The notes under the pieces are model-generated. The model saw only the letters and a program-made list of their open reading frames with translations, made no database searches and was not told where the DNA came from. 64,000 nt of DNA, taken from positions 496,001-560,000 of the forward strand of contig UYFQ01000005.1 in assembly GCA_900617105.1 (NCBI GenBank). Reading direction: 5' to 3'. Origin of the DNA: Hydrurus foetidus (lineage: Eukaryota). Of the stretch, positions 53,713 through 63,486 are shown piece by piece (positions within the stretch are counted from its first letter, which is position 1; each line of letters starts with the position of its first letter). Both the position numbers and the translations under genes were made by a program.

Positions 53713-54026
53713 ACCAAATACGCCACAGCGATTTCCCAAGCCAGTACGCGGGGCAAGGCGTGCGAGAGACTTTCCGTATACAGCCGGTTGGCCTGGGCCA
53801 TGTCAGATTGCGCCTCTGCGGTACACAGCGCGATCAGGCGAGGCTCTAATTCCACGAACAAATAACTGACCATCGCCGCTGCCGTCGGTGCATCTGCAAG
53901 GGCGCTGATAGACCCTGCCCGCAGCGCCTGGGCCACATGCGTGTGCGTTACCACGGGGCCTACTGAGGCGTTCAGGTGCGTGGCTGCGAGAGACAGGTTG
54001 GGGGGCGTGCGCATAGAAAGCATCAT
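53709..54026 (-). CDS. Small hypothetical protein, putative antitoxin (start 54026 or 54014)
   Basis: Stop overlaps the AbiEii start (ATGA); lies between prfA and the toxin gene. Confidence 0.65.
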   Translation of the reverse strand: MMLSMRTPPNLSLAATHLNASVGPVVTHTHVAQALRAGSISALADAPTAAAMVSYLFVELEPRLIALCTAEAQSDMAQANRLYTESLSHALPRVLAWEIAVAYLV

Positions 54027-54036
54027 AGGCCTAAGG

Positions 54037-55161
54037 CTATACCGCCCCAATCTCCAACTCCGCCAACTGTTCAGCCTCTCGCGCTGATTGCAGGGCTTCC
54101 ATCACGTCGTCCATGTCGCCTTCCATGATGTAAAGCAGCTTGTAAAGCGTGAGGTTGATGCGGTGGTCGGTCAGTCGGCCTTGGGGGAAGTTGTAGGTGC
54201 GGATGCGGTCGCTGCGGTCGCCGCTGCCGATCAGGCCTTTGCGCTCGGCAGCATCTTTGGCGGCGCGGGCTGAGCGGTCTTTTTCGACGATGCGGGCGGT
54301 CAGAACCTTGAGCGCTTGCGCTTTGTTGCTGTGCTGGCTGCGGCCATCTTGGCATTCGGCGACGATGCCGGTGGGCAAGTGGGTGATGCGCACGGCGCTG
54401 TCGGTTTTGTTGATGTGCTGGCCACCGGCACCGCTGGCGCGGTAGGTGTCGATGCGCAAATCGGCGGGGTTGATCTGTATCGCCACGGCCTCGTCTGGCT
54501 CGGCCAGTACGGCCACGGTGCAGGCGCTGGTGTGGATGCGGCCTTGCGTTTCCGTGGTGGGCACGCGCTGCACGCGGTGGCCACCGGACTCGTAGCGCAG
54601 CATGCCATAAACGCCAGTGGTCACGCCCGCGCCGGTGGTGCTGCTGCCTTCCATGCGCAGCACCACTTCCTTGTAGCCGCCTAACTCGCTTTGCGACTCG
54701 CTCACCACCTCGGTGCGCCAGCCTTGGCGCTCCGCAAACCGGGTGTACATGCGCATCAAATCGGCGGCGAACAGGGCGGATTCGTCGCCCCCTGTGCCTG
54801 CGCGGATTTCGATGAAGGCGGGGCGGGCATCGTCGGGGTCACGGGGCAGCAGCATGCGCTGCAATTCGGCTTCCAGCTTGATTAACTCAGCCTGTGCGCT
54901 GTCGATTTCGTCTTGCGCCATCGCTTGCATGTCAGCATCGCTGGCGGCATCGGCCAGCATCTCGGCGCCGGCAGCGGCATCAGATTCACGCAGCAAAAAA
55001 CGCTGGTAACGGCCCGCCACGGCGGCGACTTCGGCGTGCTCGCGTGACAGCACCAGGAACTGGGCCATGTCTTTCATGATGTCTTCGCGGGACAGCAAAA
55101 AATCCAGCTCGGACAGGCGCAGCGTGTAGCGCTCAAGTTGGTTGCGTAGGAAGAGTTTCAT
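54037..55161 (-). CDS. prfA: Peptide chain release factor 1
   Basis: [21 protein letters not shown] (PxT), [15 protein letters not shown]. Confidence 0.97.
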   Translation of the reverse strand: MKLFLRNQLERYTLRLSELDFLLSREDIMKDMAQFLVLSREHAEVAAVAGRYQRFLLRESDAAAGAEMLADAASDADMQAMAQDEIDSAQAELIKLEAELQRMLLPRDPDDARPAFIEIRAGTGGDESALFAADLMRMYTRFAERQGWRTEVVSESQSELGGYKEVVLRMEGSSTTGAGVTTGVYGMLRYESGGHRVQRVPTTETQGRIHTSACTVAVLAEPDEAVAIQINPADLRIDTYRASGAGGQHINKTDSAVRITHLPTGIVAECQDGRSQHSNKAQALKVLTARIVEKDRSARAAKDAAERKGLIGSGDRSDRIRTYNFPQGRLTDHRINLTLYKLLYIMEGDMDDVMEALQSAREAEQLAELEIGAV

Positions 55162-55192
55162 GGGGATAGGGAAAAATGAAAACGAAAAAATA

Positions 55193-55251
55193 GCTACCAA
55201 ATGAATAGCTTGACCAGCTCGCCAGATCAGCGCTACAGGCTGTTTTTACTC
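55193..55251 (-). repeat. Dispersed palindromic repeat copy overlapping the hemA 3' end
   Basis: Minus strand GAGTAAAAACAGCCTGTAGCGCTGATC...GCTATTCATTTGGTAGC; TAAAAACAGCCT is shared exactly with the 63385 copy. Confidence 0.7.
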
Positions 55252-56537
55252 TGCGAACGCAAAAAGAGGCGCGTGATGGTCTGCGCCGTTTGGTCGCGGT
55301 GGGCTGGGTCGGCAGCGTTCAGCTCAGCCATCGCACCGTGCAGCATTTTTTGCGTGAGGCCACGCGACAACGCTTCCATCACCGTTTGCACGTCGTCCCC
55401 GCGCAGAAGCGCTTTGTGGGCGCGTGCCAACTCAGCAGCACGCCACTCGTCGGCCTGGGCGTTCAGTTGGCGAATCAGCGGCACCACGCCACCGGGGCCG
55501 CGCTGGGCCATCCAGTGCATGAAGCTCTGCACCCCCGCGTCGATGATGACCTCGGCCTGCGCCACGGCAGCTTGGCGGCTGGCCTGCGCGGTTTGAACGA
55601 CATGAGAGAGGTCGTCCACGGTGTAGAGGTACACGTCTTCCAGCGCTTTGACTTCAGGCTCAATGTCACGCGGAACGGCCAAATCGACCATGAACAGGGG
55701 GCGGTGTTTGCGGCGCTTCAGGGCGCGTTCTACGGCACCCAGGCCGATGAGAGGCAGGGTGCTGGCAGTACAGCTGATGATGGCATCGAACTCGTGCAGG
55801 CGGTCAGGCAAATCGGCCAGCCGCATCACTTGCGCACCAAAACGGGCCGCGAGCTTGTCGCCACGCTCCACGCTGCGGTTGGCGATGGCCATGGCCAGCG
55901 GTTGCTTGGCGGCAAAGTGCGTGGCCGCCAGCTCGATCATTTCACCGGCGCCGACAAACAGCACGCGGATTTGGCGCAAGTCTTCAAACAACTGCCCGGC
56001 CAGACGCACAGCAGCAGCGGCCATGCTGATGGAATGCGCACCCACCTCTGTGGAGGTGCGCACCTCTTTGGCGACGGCGAACGAACGCTGGAAGAGCTGG
56101 TTCAGCGTGGTGCCCAAAGCCCCGGCTTCGTCCGCCACCCGCACCGCGTCTTTGAACTGCCCCAAAATTTGTGGCTCGCCCAGCACCATGCTGTCCAACC
56201 CGCTGGCCACGCGAAACGCATGGCGGGCGGCGAGCCCGTCTTGCAGGGTGTAAGCATGGCTTTGCAGCACCGCAGGCGTTACGCCGCCGGTGTAGGCGAG
56301 CCAATTCAGCACGGGGGCCAAGCTGGTGTGGTCGCCCACACCGTAAATTTCGGTGCGGTTGCAGGTGGAAAGAATGGCGACTTCGGGGCCAGCGTTGGAC
56401 GGCTGCGCAGCCTGCTGGCGCAAAGCCTCACGCAACCCGCCCAGCGTGGGTGCAATTTGGTCCAAGGCGAACGCAAACCGGCCCCGCAAATCGAGCGGTG
56501 CTGTGGTGTGGTTAAGGCCCAAAGCCCAGACTGCCAT
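55233..56537 (-). CDS. hemA: Glutamyl-tRNA reductase
   Basis: [44 protein letters not shown]. Confidence 0.96.
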   Translation of the reverse strand: MAVWALGLNHTTAPLDLRGRFAFALDQIAPTLGGLREALRQQAAQPSNAGPEVAILSTCNRTEIYGVGDHTSLAPVLNWLAYTGGVTPAVLQSHAYTLQDGLAARHAFRVASGLDSMVLGEPQILGQFKDAVRVADEAGALGTTLNQLFQRSFAVAKEVRTSTEVGAHSISMAAAAVRLAGQLFEDLRQIRVLFVGAGEMIELAATHFAAKQPLAMAIANRSVERGDKLAARFGAQVMRLADLPDRLHEFDAIISCTASTLPLIGLGAVERALKRRKHRPLFMVDLAVPRDIEPEVKALEDVYLYTVDDLSHVVQTAQASRQAAVAQAEVIIDAGVQSFMHWMAQRGPGGVVPLIRQLNAQADEWRAAELARAHKALLRGDDVQTVMEALSRGLTQKMLHGAMAELNAADPAHRDQTAQTITRLFLRSQSKNSL

Positions 56538-56598
56538 CGTGCGGTTTTCTTGGTTAGTGTTGTCAGAGAAGACCCCGATTATAAAATTGATGCCATCT

Positions 56599-56886
56599 AT
56601 GGATCTGACAACCCTCATTAACCACTTTGCCAACTTCACAGCACCTGCTGTGGTGCTGGCGTTCTGTTTGCCTTTGGCGGGGCGATTTTTAGCATCAAAT
56701 AACCCTGTACCGCTTACTTGGTGGTCACAGATTGCTATCAATTTTACATCTTGCTTGGCGGTCTTGCTGCTGGGGCTGTGGTTCTTTGGGCGCGACGGCA
56801 AGATGGCGACTTATGCGGCGATGGTGCTGGCGGGGGGCACGGGGCAATGGGTGATGGGGCTGGCGTTGTGGCGGCGTAAGGCGTAA
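56599..56886 (+). CDS. Small membrane protein
   Basis: Three hydrophobic segments; [14 protein letters not shown]; divergent from hemA. Confidence 0.7.
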   Translation: MDLTTLINHFANFTAPAVVLAFCLPLAGRFLASNNPVPLTWWSQIAINFTSCLAVLLLGLWFFGRDGKMATYAAMVLAGGTGQWVMGLALWRRKA

Positions 56887-56892
56887 TGGCTG

Positions 56893-57492
56893 ATGGCGGC
56901 ATTCCTTTACGGCTTTTCCATCGGCCTTTCCCTCATCCTCGCTATCGGCTCGCAAAACGCTTTTGTGCTCAAGCAAGGCTTGCGCGGGCAGTTCATTTTT
57001 TGGGTTTGCCTGACCTGTGCCAGTGCTGATGCGCTGTTGATTGGGGTGGGGGTGTCGGGCTTTCACGTCATGCTCAGCCAATTCCCCTGGATTGACACCG
57101 CTTCGCGCTACGGTGGTGCAGCCTTTTTGGCGGTGTATGGCTTGCGCAGCTTCCTTGCCGTGTTCAAAGCCCCAGAAGCCCTGCTGCCCAGCGAACAAGC
57201 GCCTGTGTCGCTGGCGAAAACACTGGCCGTCTGTTTGGCGTTCACCTTTTTGAACCCCCACGTCTACCTGGACACGGTGGTGCTGATGGGCACGGTATCG
57301 ACCAAATTCCCCGGTGAGCCGCTGTGGTTTTGGCTGGGCGCCACCAGCGCCTCGTTCGCTTTCTTTTTCTCGCTGGGCTACGGGGCGATTTTGCTGCGCC
57401 CCGTGTTTGAAAACCCCAAGGCATGGAAGGTGCTGGACGGGGTGATCTGGGTGGTCATGTGGGGGATTGCTTGGCGGTTGGTGGCGGGGTGA
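56893..57492 (+). CDS. LysE/ArgO-family amino acid exporter
   Basis: LILAIGSQNAFVLKQG, TFLNPHVYLDT. Confidence 0.92.
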   Translation: MAAFLYGFSIGLSLILAIGSQNAFVLKQGLRGQFIFWVCLTCASADALLIGVGVSGFHVMLSQFPWIDTASRYGGAAFLAVYGLRSFLAVFKAPEALLPSEQAPVSLAKTLAVCLAFTFLNPHVYLDTVVLMGTVSTKFPGEPLWFWLGATSASFAFFFSLGYGAILLRPVFENPKAWKVLDGVIWVVMWGIAWRLVAG

Positions 57493-57532
57493 ACCCGTGT
57501 TGTATCTAAAATCAGACGCATCAAAGGAACCT

Positions 57533-58006
57533 ATGAACATCCTCGTGCTGAACGGCATCAACCTCAATATGTTTGGCAAGCGCGACCCCGCGCAGTACGG
57601 CACCACCACGCTGGCCGAGATCGACGCCAGCCTGCATACGCTGGGCCAAGCGCTGGGGGTTGAGGTAACGTGTTTTCAAACCAATTTTGAAGGCGCGATG
57701 GTGGAGCGCATTCACCAAGCCCACGCCGATGGTGTGGACGCGGTGCTCATCAACGCAGGTGCCTGGACGCATTACAGCTACGGTATTCGCGATGCACTGG
57801 CCATTTTGAAATGCCCCATCATTGAAGTTCACATGTCCAACATCCACGCCCGTGAAGCGTTCCGCCACCTGTCGGTGATTGCTGACATTGCCAAGGGCCA
57901 GATATGTGGTTTTGGTGCCGAAAGCTACTTGCTGGCGCTGCGGGCGGGCGTGTCTGCTGCGAATGCCGCCAAAGAAGCCCAGGTAGGAAAAGCTGCTGCC
58001 CAATGA
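57533..58006 (+). CDS. aroQ: Type II 3-dehydroquinate dehydratase
   Basis: LNGINLNMFGKRDP..YG, INAGAWTHYS, EVHMSNIHAREAFRH. Confidence 0.93.
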   Translation: MNILVLNGINLNMFGKRDPAQYGTTTLAEIDASLHTLGQALGVEVTCFQTNFEGAMVERIHQAHADGVDAVLINAGAWTHYSYGIRDALAILKCPIIEVHMSNIHAREAFRHLSVIADIAKGQICGFGAESYLLALRAGVSAANAAKEAQVGKAAAQ

Positions 58007-58036
58007 GCCTTTCCTGGCGGATTCAAGTTCGAAGTA

Positions 58037-58447
58037 CTACTTTTCTGCCCCGCTGGCCCGAGCGACGTAGCGGGCCAATGCGGTAATTTGCGCCTCTGAG
58101 AGACTCGCCTTGTACGAGGGCATGCTGCCCAGTCCATCTCGCAAGGCTTTGACAACGCGTGCGGAGTCGGGCTTGAGTTCATCGAATACCGGCCCAACCG
58201 CACCTTCAGCTGATGCGTCCTTGAGCGTGTGGCAAAGCGCGCAGGCAGGGACGGCCAAGGTGGTAAACAGTTTTTTCCCCAGGGCCATTTGGGCGGCTTC
58301 ATCAGCGGCGTAGGACGGGAGGCAGAGCAGTGCACTGGTCAAAAGAGGCAAGAGTCGGTACGGGGACGCTCTAAGAGCCGCGAGGTTCAGCGTGGTGTTC
58401 ATGGTCTTTGAGTGGGAAATGTTGGAATGCATGGCAAGCGAAGGCAT
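58037..58447 (-). CDS. Cytochrome c (SorU/SorB-like); start may be 58402
   Basis: Signal peptide, CALCH heme motif, distal GSMP; follows the sulfite dehydrogenase. Confidence 0.88.
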   Translation of the reverse strand: MPSLAMHSNISHSKTMNTTLNLAALRASPYRLLPLLTSALLCLPSYAADEAAQMALGKKLFTTLAVPACALCHTLKDASAEGAVGPVFDELKPDSARVVKALRDGLGSMPSYKASLSEAQITALARYVARASGAEK

Positions 58448-59658
58448 CAGGCCACCGTGACTTTGACGGCATGGTCAGCCCAGCTGGTGTTGTTGTAGCC
58501 ACCTTGGTTTTCCTGCCTCATTTCTGGCTGCACGTTGCCTGCTGCATCTGTGGCTCGGCTGGCGAGGGTGTAGTTACCCGCAGGCAAACGGGCTTGCAAT
58601 ACAAATTGACGCCAAGCGTATTTGCCCATATCGGGCCCGACAAAGCGTGCGCTTTGCCATGACTTGCCACCGTCGATGGACACGTCCACGCTTTTGACAC
58701 CGTGCAATCCCCCAAACGCCACGCCGTGAATTTGCACCATGCCAGCCTTGAGTGGCCCTTTGTCTGGGTGGGGCGAATTGATCCATGATTTGACGGTCAT
58801 TTCTTGGACTGACGGTTGGCTGGGGTCTCCTTTTCCACCAGGAGGCGTAAGCCGGTAGCCATGCGACATGATTTTGGCTTCGCTCTCTTGCGCGGTGAAC
58901 GCCAGTTGCTTGATGTATTTGATGTTGTTGACGCCGGTGAAGCCGGGCACGATCAGGCGCAGTGGGCCACCATGGGCCAGCGAGATCGGCGCACCATTCA
59001 TTTCCCAGGCCAAAAGTGCATCGGCCATTGCGTCTGCGGGCACCGAGCGTTCCACCATGATGCTTTTGGGGTCAATGCCGTCGGGTAGTTTTTCACCTCC
59101 CGTTCCGGTCATGTAACGCATGCCGGGAGAAATGCCGCCCAGGGCTTCCACCACAGCGCGTACTGGCACGCCGCTCCACACCACGCAACCGGCTGCACCT
59201 ACGCCCCACGGCGTGCCGCTGGGTTTGTTGGGGAAGAACCCCCGGCCATTGCCTGAGCATTGCAACACCATCGCCACAGTTTCCAACCCCATAGCTTTGA
59301 GGTCACGCACAGTGAGTTTGCGTGGGGTTTTCACCCCTTCCAGCATGATTTCCCAGGCATCACGATCGGCCACGATGGCCGCATCGGGGGCCGGCAGGTT
59401 GTTGCGGATGTACAGCTGCTCGGCAGGGGTGATCACGCTGGTGCCAAAGGCTGTGCGTTGCGTTTCGATGGTCGTGCTGCTGTGAACAATCACGCTAGAA
59501 GCATCTTTCCAGCTCACATAGGCTGGCAAGGGTTTGGCGGTGGCAACAGCCGTTTGAGCGGTAGCGCTGCGTGTCCAGGTGGCCAAGCCTGCTGCGGCGA
59601 GTGCGCTTGCACTGGCCGTCAGCAGGTGACGGCGGGGCAATGAGGGGGATGTTTTCAT
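58447..59658 (-). CDS. Periplasmic molybdopterin sulfite dehydrogenase (SorT-like)
   Basis: Tat motif LPRRHLL; YIRNN, LQCSGNGR, WSGV, HGGPLRLIVPG, YAWRQF, SRATD. Confidence 0.9.
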   Translation of the reverse strand: MKTSPSLPRRHLLTASASALAAAGLATWTRSATAQTAVATAKPLPAYVSWKDASSVIVHSSTTIETQRTAFGTSVITPAEQLYIRNNLPAPDAAIVADRDAWEIMLEGVKTPRKLTVRDLKAMGLETVAMVLQCSGNGRGFFPNKPSGTPWGVGAAGCVVWSGVPVRAVVEALGGISPGMRYMTGTGGEKLPDGIDPKSIMVERSVPADAMADALLAWEMNGAPISLAHGGPLRLIVPGFTGVNNIKYIKQLAFTAQESEAKIMSHGYRLTPPGGKGDPSQPSVQEMTVKSWINSPHPDKGPLKAGMVQIHGVAFGGLHGVKSVDVSIDGGKSWQSARFVGPDMGKYAWRQFVLQARLPAGNYTLASRATDAAGNVQPEMRQENQGGYNNTSWADHAVKVTVA

Positions 59659-59759
59659 CAGGGTTGTCTCCGTTAAGTTGGTGTTTCAAGATGGAAGATG
59701 GGGATGCGGAATGCAGAGGTGTGACGGTGGTCGCATGGACAGCGTTTGGGGATGGGGGT

Positions 59760-60368
59760 TTAATCCATGGGTTTGCCAAAGGTGGCTTGTGCCACTGTCA
59801 AGGCTTTTTTCTTTTGCGCCACCATCACCAAGGGTTGGTCATCGCGTGAGCGCACGACTTGCCAGTACACATTGCCCCACCAACCACTGCCTTCTGGCAG
59901 CAGCACAGGTTGATCGAAAGCAAAGACCGTGACCATGCCGCCTTTTTCAAAAAAGGTGGTCAAGTGGTAGACCAGATGGCCGTCGATGTCACAAGGGCGC
60001 ATCAATTGGGGGAAGCCGGGTATCGCTGCTATGGCTTGCGGAGCAGGAGGTTCTGCGGATTTCCCGAGACCCAAATGCGCCAAAATCTTGCGGCCATCCA
60101 TAAAGTTACCGCGTAAGGTGCGTTCGTAGTATTCATGCTCAATGGCACTGCACACCAGCTCAGGAGGGCGTATGGCAAGCACGGTGCCCGCAGTACCGCC
60201 AGTGACAAACAAGACGGCAAGGCCGCGTTGAAAACCTCGTCGTGAGAGCAACGAGGGTTCTTTTTTAAACAGTGACGCTGGTGCTTGGCTGGGGTCAAAC
60301 GCCAGGGTCAACTCAGCACGGGTGCGCAAGTCGAAAGCGTCATCTTGAAATTCGGGGTGATTTGTCAT
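59760..60368 (-). CDS. Putative membrane anti-sigma factor
   Basis: Starts 1 bp after the ECF sigma stop; single TM segment GLAVLFVTGGTAGTVLAI. Confidence 0.6.
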   Translation of the reverse strand: MTNHPEFQDDAFDLRTRAELTLAFDPSQAPASLFKKEPSLLSRRGFQRGLAVLFVTGGTAGTVLAIRPPELVCSAIEHEYYERTLRGNFMDGRKILAHLGLGKSAEPPAPQAIAAIPGFPQLMRPCDIDGHLVYHLTTFFEKGGMVTVFAFDQPVLLPEGSGWWGNVYWQVVRSRDDQPLVMVAQKKKALTVAQATFGKPMD

Positions 60369-60369
60369 A

Positions 60370-60912
60370 TCAGACTTTGCGCAGAGGGACGACTTTGGCT
60401 GGTGAGGTGGCATCAACCCAGGTGGCTTTTGCAGTACCGGAGCCAGACAAGGCTGCTTTTAAGGCTGCGCGTGCGCGTGCCAAACGTGACAGCACCGTGC
60501 CCGGCGCAATGTCCAAGGCCTCGGCCATTTGCGCGGTGGGCATGTCGTCAAAGTAAAAAAGTACAAGTACCTCGCGGTGAATCGTTGCAATGCGGCTCAG
60601 CGCTTTCACCACGTCCAGTTGATCGTCCAACCCAGAGTCGGGTGAAGGCACCTCAGGGGCATCGCCATCCAGCGATTGCGGTCCTGGTGCCAAGTGCCGC
60701 AAGGCGTGATGCCGCATGATGCGAAACAGCCAGGCGCGTGCCAATTCGGGTTGCCTCAACTGGCTACGGTGCTTCCAAGCGCTGGTAAAGCAGTCTTGCA
60801 CCACATCCTCAGCCACCGCCCGAGAGCCAGTCAGGGCCCACGCGCTGCGCATGAGGAAGCGGTAGTGTTCATGCACCCATTGGTTGTAGCGGGACTCGGC
60901 AGTCTGAATCAT
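60370..60912 (-). CDS. ECF sigma-70 factor
   Basis: AEDVVQDCF, AWLFRI, REVLVL, AEALDIAPGTVLSRLARAR. Confidence 0.93.
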   Translation of the reverse strand: MIQTAESRYNQWVHEHYRFLMRSAWALTGSRAVAEDVVQDCFTSAWKHRSQLRQPELARAWLFRIMRHHALRHLAPGPQSLDGDAPEVPSPDSGLDDQLDVVKALSRIATIHREVLVLFYFDDMPTAQMAEALDIAPGTVLSRLARARAALKAALSGSGTAKATWVDATSPAKVVPLRKV

Positions 60913-60942
60913 GTGTACAAGAGCGCTCAAGCCGTTGTTTCA

Positions 60943-60976
60943 TTCCATGCATGGAAAAATTCTTTTTCCATGCATG
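60943..60976. promoter_or_regulatory. Perfect 14-bp inverted repeat with a nested palindrome upstream of the ECF sigma gene
   Basis: CATGCATGGAAAAA-TTC-TTTTTCCATGCATG; TTCCATGCATGGAA is itself palindromic. Confidence 0.55.
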
Positions 60977-60984
60977 CCTGTTCA

Positions 60985-62532
60985 TCATCGCAGATGAGGC
61001 AAACGATCCCGCAGTTCGCGTTTAAGCACCTTGCCAATCGCACTGCGGGGCAACTCGTCCACAAAGTGAATTGCCGCCAAGCGCTGGGTTTTACCGACGC
61101 GCTCGCTGACCCATTGCATCAGGTTGTACGCGGGGGTCTCGTCGCCCGGTTTGCGCACCACAAAGGCCACTGGGGTTTCACCCCAATCGGTGGATGGCAC
61201 GCCCACCACGGCCGCTTCAAACACGGCGGGGTGGGCATTCAACACAGCTTCCAGATCGCTGGGGTAGATGTTGAAACCACCCGAAATAATCATGTCCTTT
61301 TTGCGGTCAAACAGCGTGAGGAAGCCGTCAGCATCAAACCGCCCTACGTCGCCGGTGCGGATGAAGCGCTTGCCTTGCGGGTCAAACCATTCAGCTTCAC
61401 GGGTTTTCTCGGGGCGACCGTAATAGCCGGTCATCATCCCGGCGGAATGGCCCACCACTTCACCAGCTTCGCCCACGGGCACCTCTTGGCCCGCCTCGTC
61501 GATCAAACGGATGTCGTGGCCCACAGCAGGTTGACCCACGGTATGAAGCTTGTCAGGGTACAGGTGCGCGTCCAGAATGCAGGTGCCGCCGCCTTCGGTC
61601 ATACCGTAAAACTCGACCAACCCACCGGGCCAGCGCTTGAGCACATCTGCCTTGACCGCTGCGCCAAACGGTGCGCTGGTCGAAAACTTGACCTGAAAGC
61701 TGGACAAATCAAAGCTGTCAAATTCGGGCCGTGCCATCAACCGCTGGTACTGCACGGGCACCAGCATGGTGTGGGTGGCGCGGTGCGCTTGCGCCAGTTG
61801 CAAATAGCCGATGGCATCGAATTTCGGCATCAGCACCACGCAGCCTCCAAAACTGAGCGTGGGGAAGAGCACTACCAGCGTGGTGTTCGAGTACAGCGGG
61901 GTAGACAACACGGTGACGGTGCTGACCGTGTAGTTGTACGTGCTGCCACGCCGCACATGCGTCCAGCGCATCCCGTGGGACTGCACGATGCCTTTGGGCT
62001 CGCCCGTGGTGCCCGAGGAGTAAATGATATTGAACGCATCCGTGGCCGCGATGCTGACGGCGGTGGGCTGTGTGCCTGGGGCGGCCAGCCACGCCTCAAA
62101 GGGGCTGCCCACAGCAGAGCCGTCCAGCGCGATGCGAGGTACAGCACCAGGGGTTTTGACCACCGGGCCCACAGCCTGCGCCGCATACGCATCGGTGAAC
62201 AGCAGCCGCGCTTTGGCGTCGCTTACCATGCGGTGCAAACTCTCAGGTGTGGAACTGGGGGCCAGCGGGGCCACCACCACACCGGCACGCAGGGCACCGA
62301 GGAACAGGGTCACGTAGTCAAGCGACGAGGCAGCGCACACGGCCAGCGCATCACCGGGTTGAAAACCATCGCGCTGTAAGGCACTCGCCACGCGGTTCAT
62401 CCGGGCATCCAGTTCGGCGTAACTGAAGCGGCGCGAACCCTCCACCAACGCGGTACGGTCAGGGGCATCAGCAGCGTGCTGGCGGATCAGGTCGGCAATC
62501 AAGCCGAATTCGGTGTCGAGCAAGGTGTTCAT
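60985..62532 (-). CDS. Class I adenylate-forming enzyme (acyl-CoA synthetase)
   Basis: YSSGTTGEPKG, FYGMTEG, RTGDVG, DRKKDMIISGG, PRSAIGK. Confidence 0.93.
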   Translation of the reverse strand: MNTLLDTEFGLIADLIRQHAADAPDRTALVEGSRRFSYAELDARMNRVASALQRDGFQPGDALAVCAASSLDYVTLFLGALRAGVVVAPLAPSSTPESLHRMVSDAKARLLFTDAYAAQAVGPVVKTPGAVPRIALDGSAVGSPFEAWLAAPGTQPTAVSIAATDAFNIIYSSGTTGEPKGIVQSHGMRWTHVRRGSTYNYTVSTVTVLSTPLYSNTTLVVLFPTLSFGGCVVLMPKFDAIGYLQLAQAHRATHTMLVPVQYQRLMARPEFDSFDLSSFQVKFSTSAPFGAAVKADVLKRWPGGLVEFYGMTEGGGTCILDAHLYPDKLHTVGQPAVGHDIRLIDEAGQEVPVGEAGEVVGHSAGMMTGYYGRPEKTREAEWFDPQGKRFIRTGDVGRFDADGFLTLFDRKKDMIISGGFNIYPSDLEAVLNAHPAVFEAAVVGVPSTDWGETPVAFVVRKPGDETPAYNLMQWVSERVGKTQRLAAIHFVDELPRSAIGKVLKRELRDRLPHLR

Positions 62533-62684
62533 CCCTGAATGATAGAAGCACAGTGAGAAGAACCAAGAGAGATTCAAGTCGCTGACGTTACTGTGATTTA
62601 CTCGCGCATTGCCTACCCTTACCACGCCCCTTGCCACACGCCTACACTGCCCCTGCTCTACCGCTTCACCCACACAAGGCTTCC

Positions 62685-63389
62685 ATGATTGACCTCTACA
62701 CCGCCGCCACGCCCAACGGCCACAAAATTTCTATCGCACTGGAAGAACTGGCGCTGCCCTACACCGTTCACACGCTCAAGTTCGCAGACGCGGAACAAAA
62801 GCAGCCCTGGTTTTTGAAGATCAATCCGAATGGCCGCATCCCTGCCATCGTTGACAGGAATGAGGGCGATTTCGCGGTGTTCGAGTCTGGCGCCATCCTG
62901 ATTTACCTCGCGGAAAAAACCGGTCAACTGATGCCCACCGATACGCGGGGCCGCTCGCAAGTCATCCAGTGGCTGATGTTCCAGATGGGCGGCATCGGGC
63001 CGATGATGGGGCAGGCGAACGTGTTCTTTCGTTACTTCCCCGAGAAAATCCAAGCAGCGATTGACCGCTACCAGGGCGAGAGCACCCGCTTGTTTCGCGT
63101 CATGGACAGTCACCTGAAAGACCATGAGTACCTCGCTGGCGATTACTCAATCGCCGACATCGCCAACTGGGCCTGGGTGCGCACGCACAAATGGTCAGGC
63201 GTAGCGATGGACGACATGCCCCATCTGAAGCGCTGGACAGATGCCATCCGCGCCCGCCCTGCGGTGCTCAAAGGCATAGAGATGCCCCCCTCGAACCTGA
63301 ACATGCGAGTGGACGATGAGGAGAAGGCCAAACAGTTCGCTGAAGAAGCCCGCAAGATGGTGGAAATGGGAAATTCAAAGAAGATTTAG
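62685..63389 (+). CDS. Glutathione S-transferase (YfcG/Ure2-like)
   Basis: [31 protein letters not shown]. Confidence 0.93.
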   Translation: MIDLYTAATPNGHKISIALEELALPYTVHTLKFADAEQKQPWFLKINPNGRIPAIVDRNEGDFAVFESGAILIYLAEKTGQLMPTDTRGRSQVIQWLMFQMGGIGPMMGQANVFFRYFPEKIQAAIDRYQGESTRLFRVMDSHLKDHEYLAGDYSIADIANWAWVRTHKWSGVAMDDMPHLKRWTDAIRARPAVLKGIEMPPSNLNMRVDDEEKAKQFAEEARKMVEMGNSKKI

Positions 63390-63448
63390 CTATAAAAACA
63401 GCCTTAAACTCTTATTTAACATGCGATAACAGCTATTAAATTAGTAGC
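63385..63448 (+). repeat. Dispersed palindromic repeat copy, core GCTATTAAATTAGTAGC
   Basis: Same architecture as the other copies. Confidence 0.7.
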
Positions 63449-63486
63449 AAAAACCATTCCACAAACTCGCTTAAGAAGCAGGCACC

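Noticed and set aside
56538..56801. Extended N-terminus of hemA in the ORF track (likewise for prfA, proB, the ABC ATPase, its partner and the acyl-CoA synthetase)
   Set aside because: Family motifs begin at downstream ATGs, and some extensions overlap neighbouring genes
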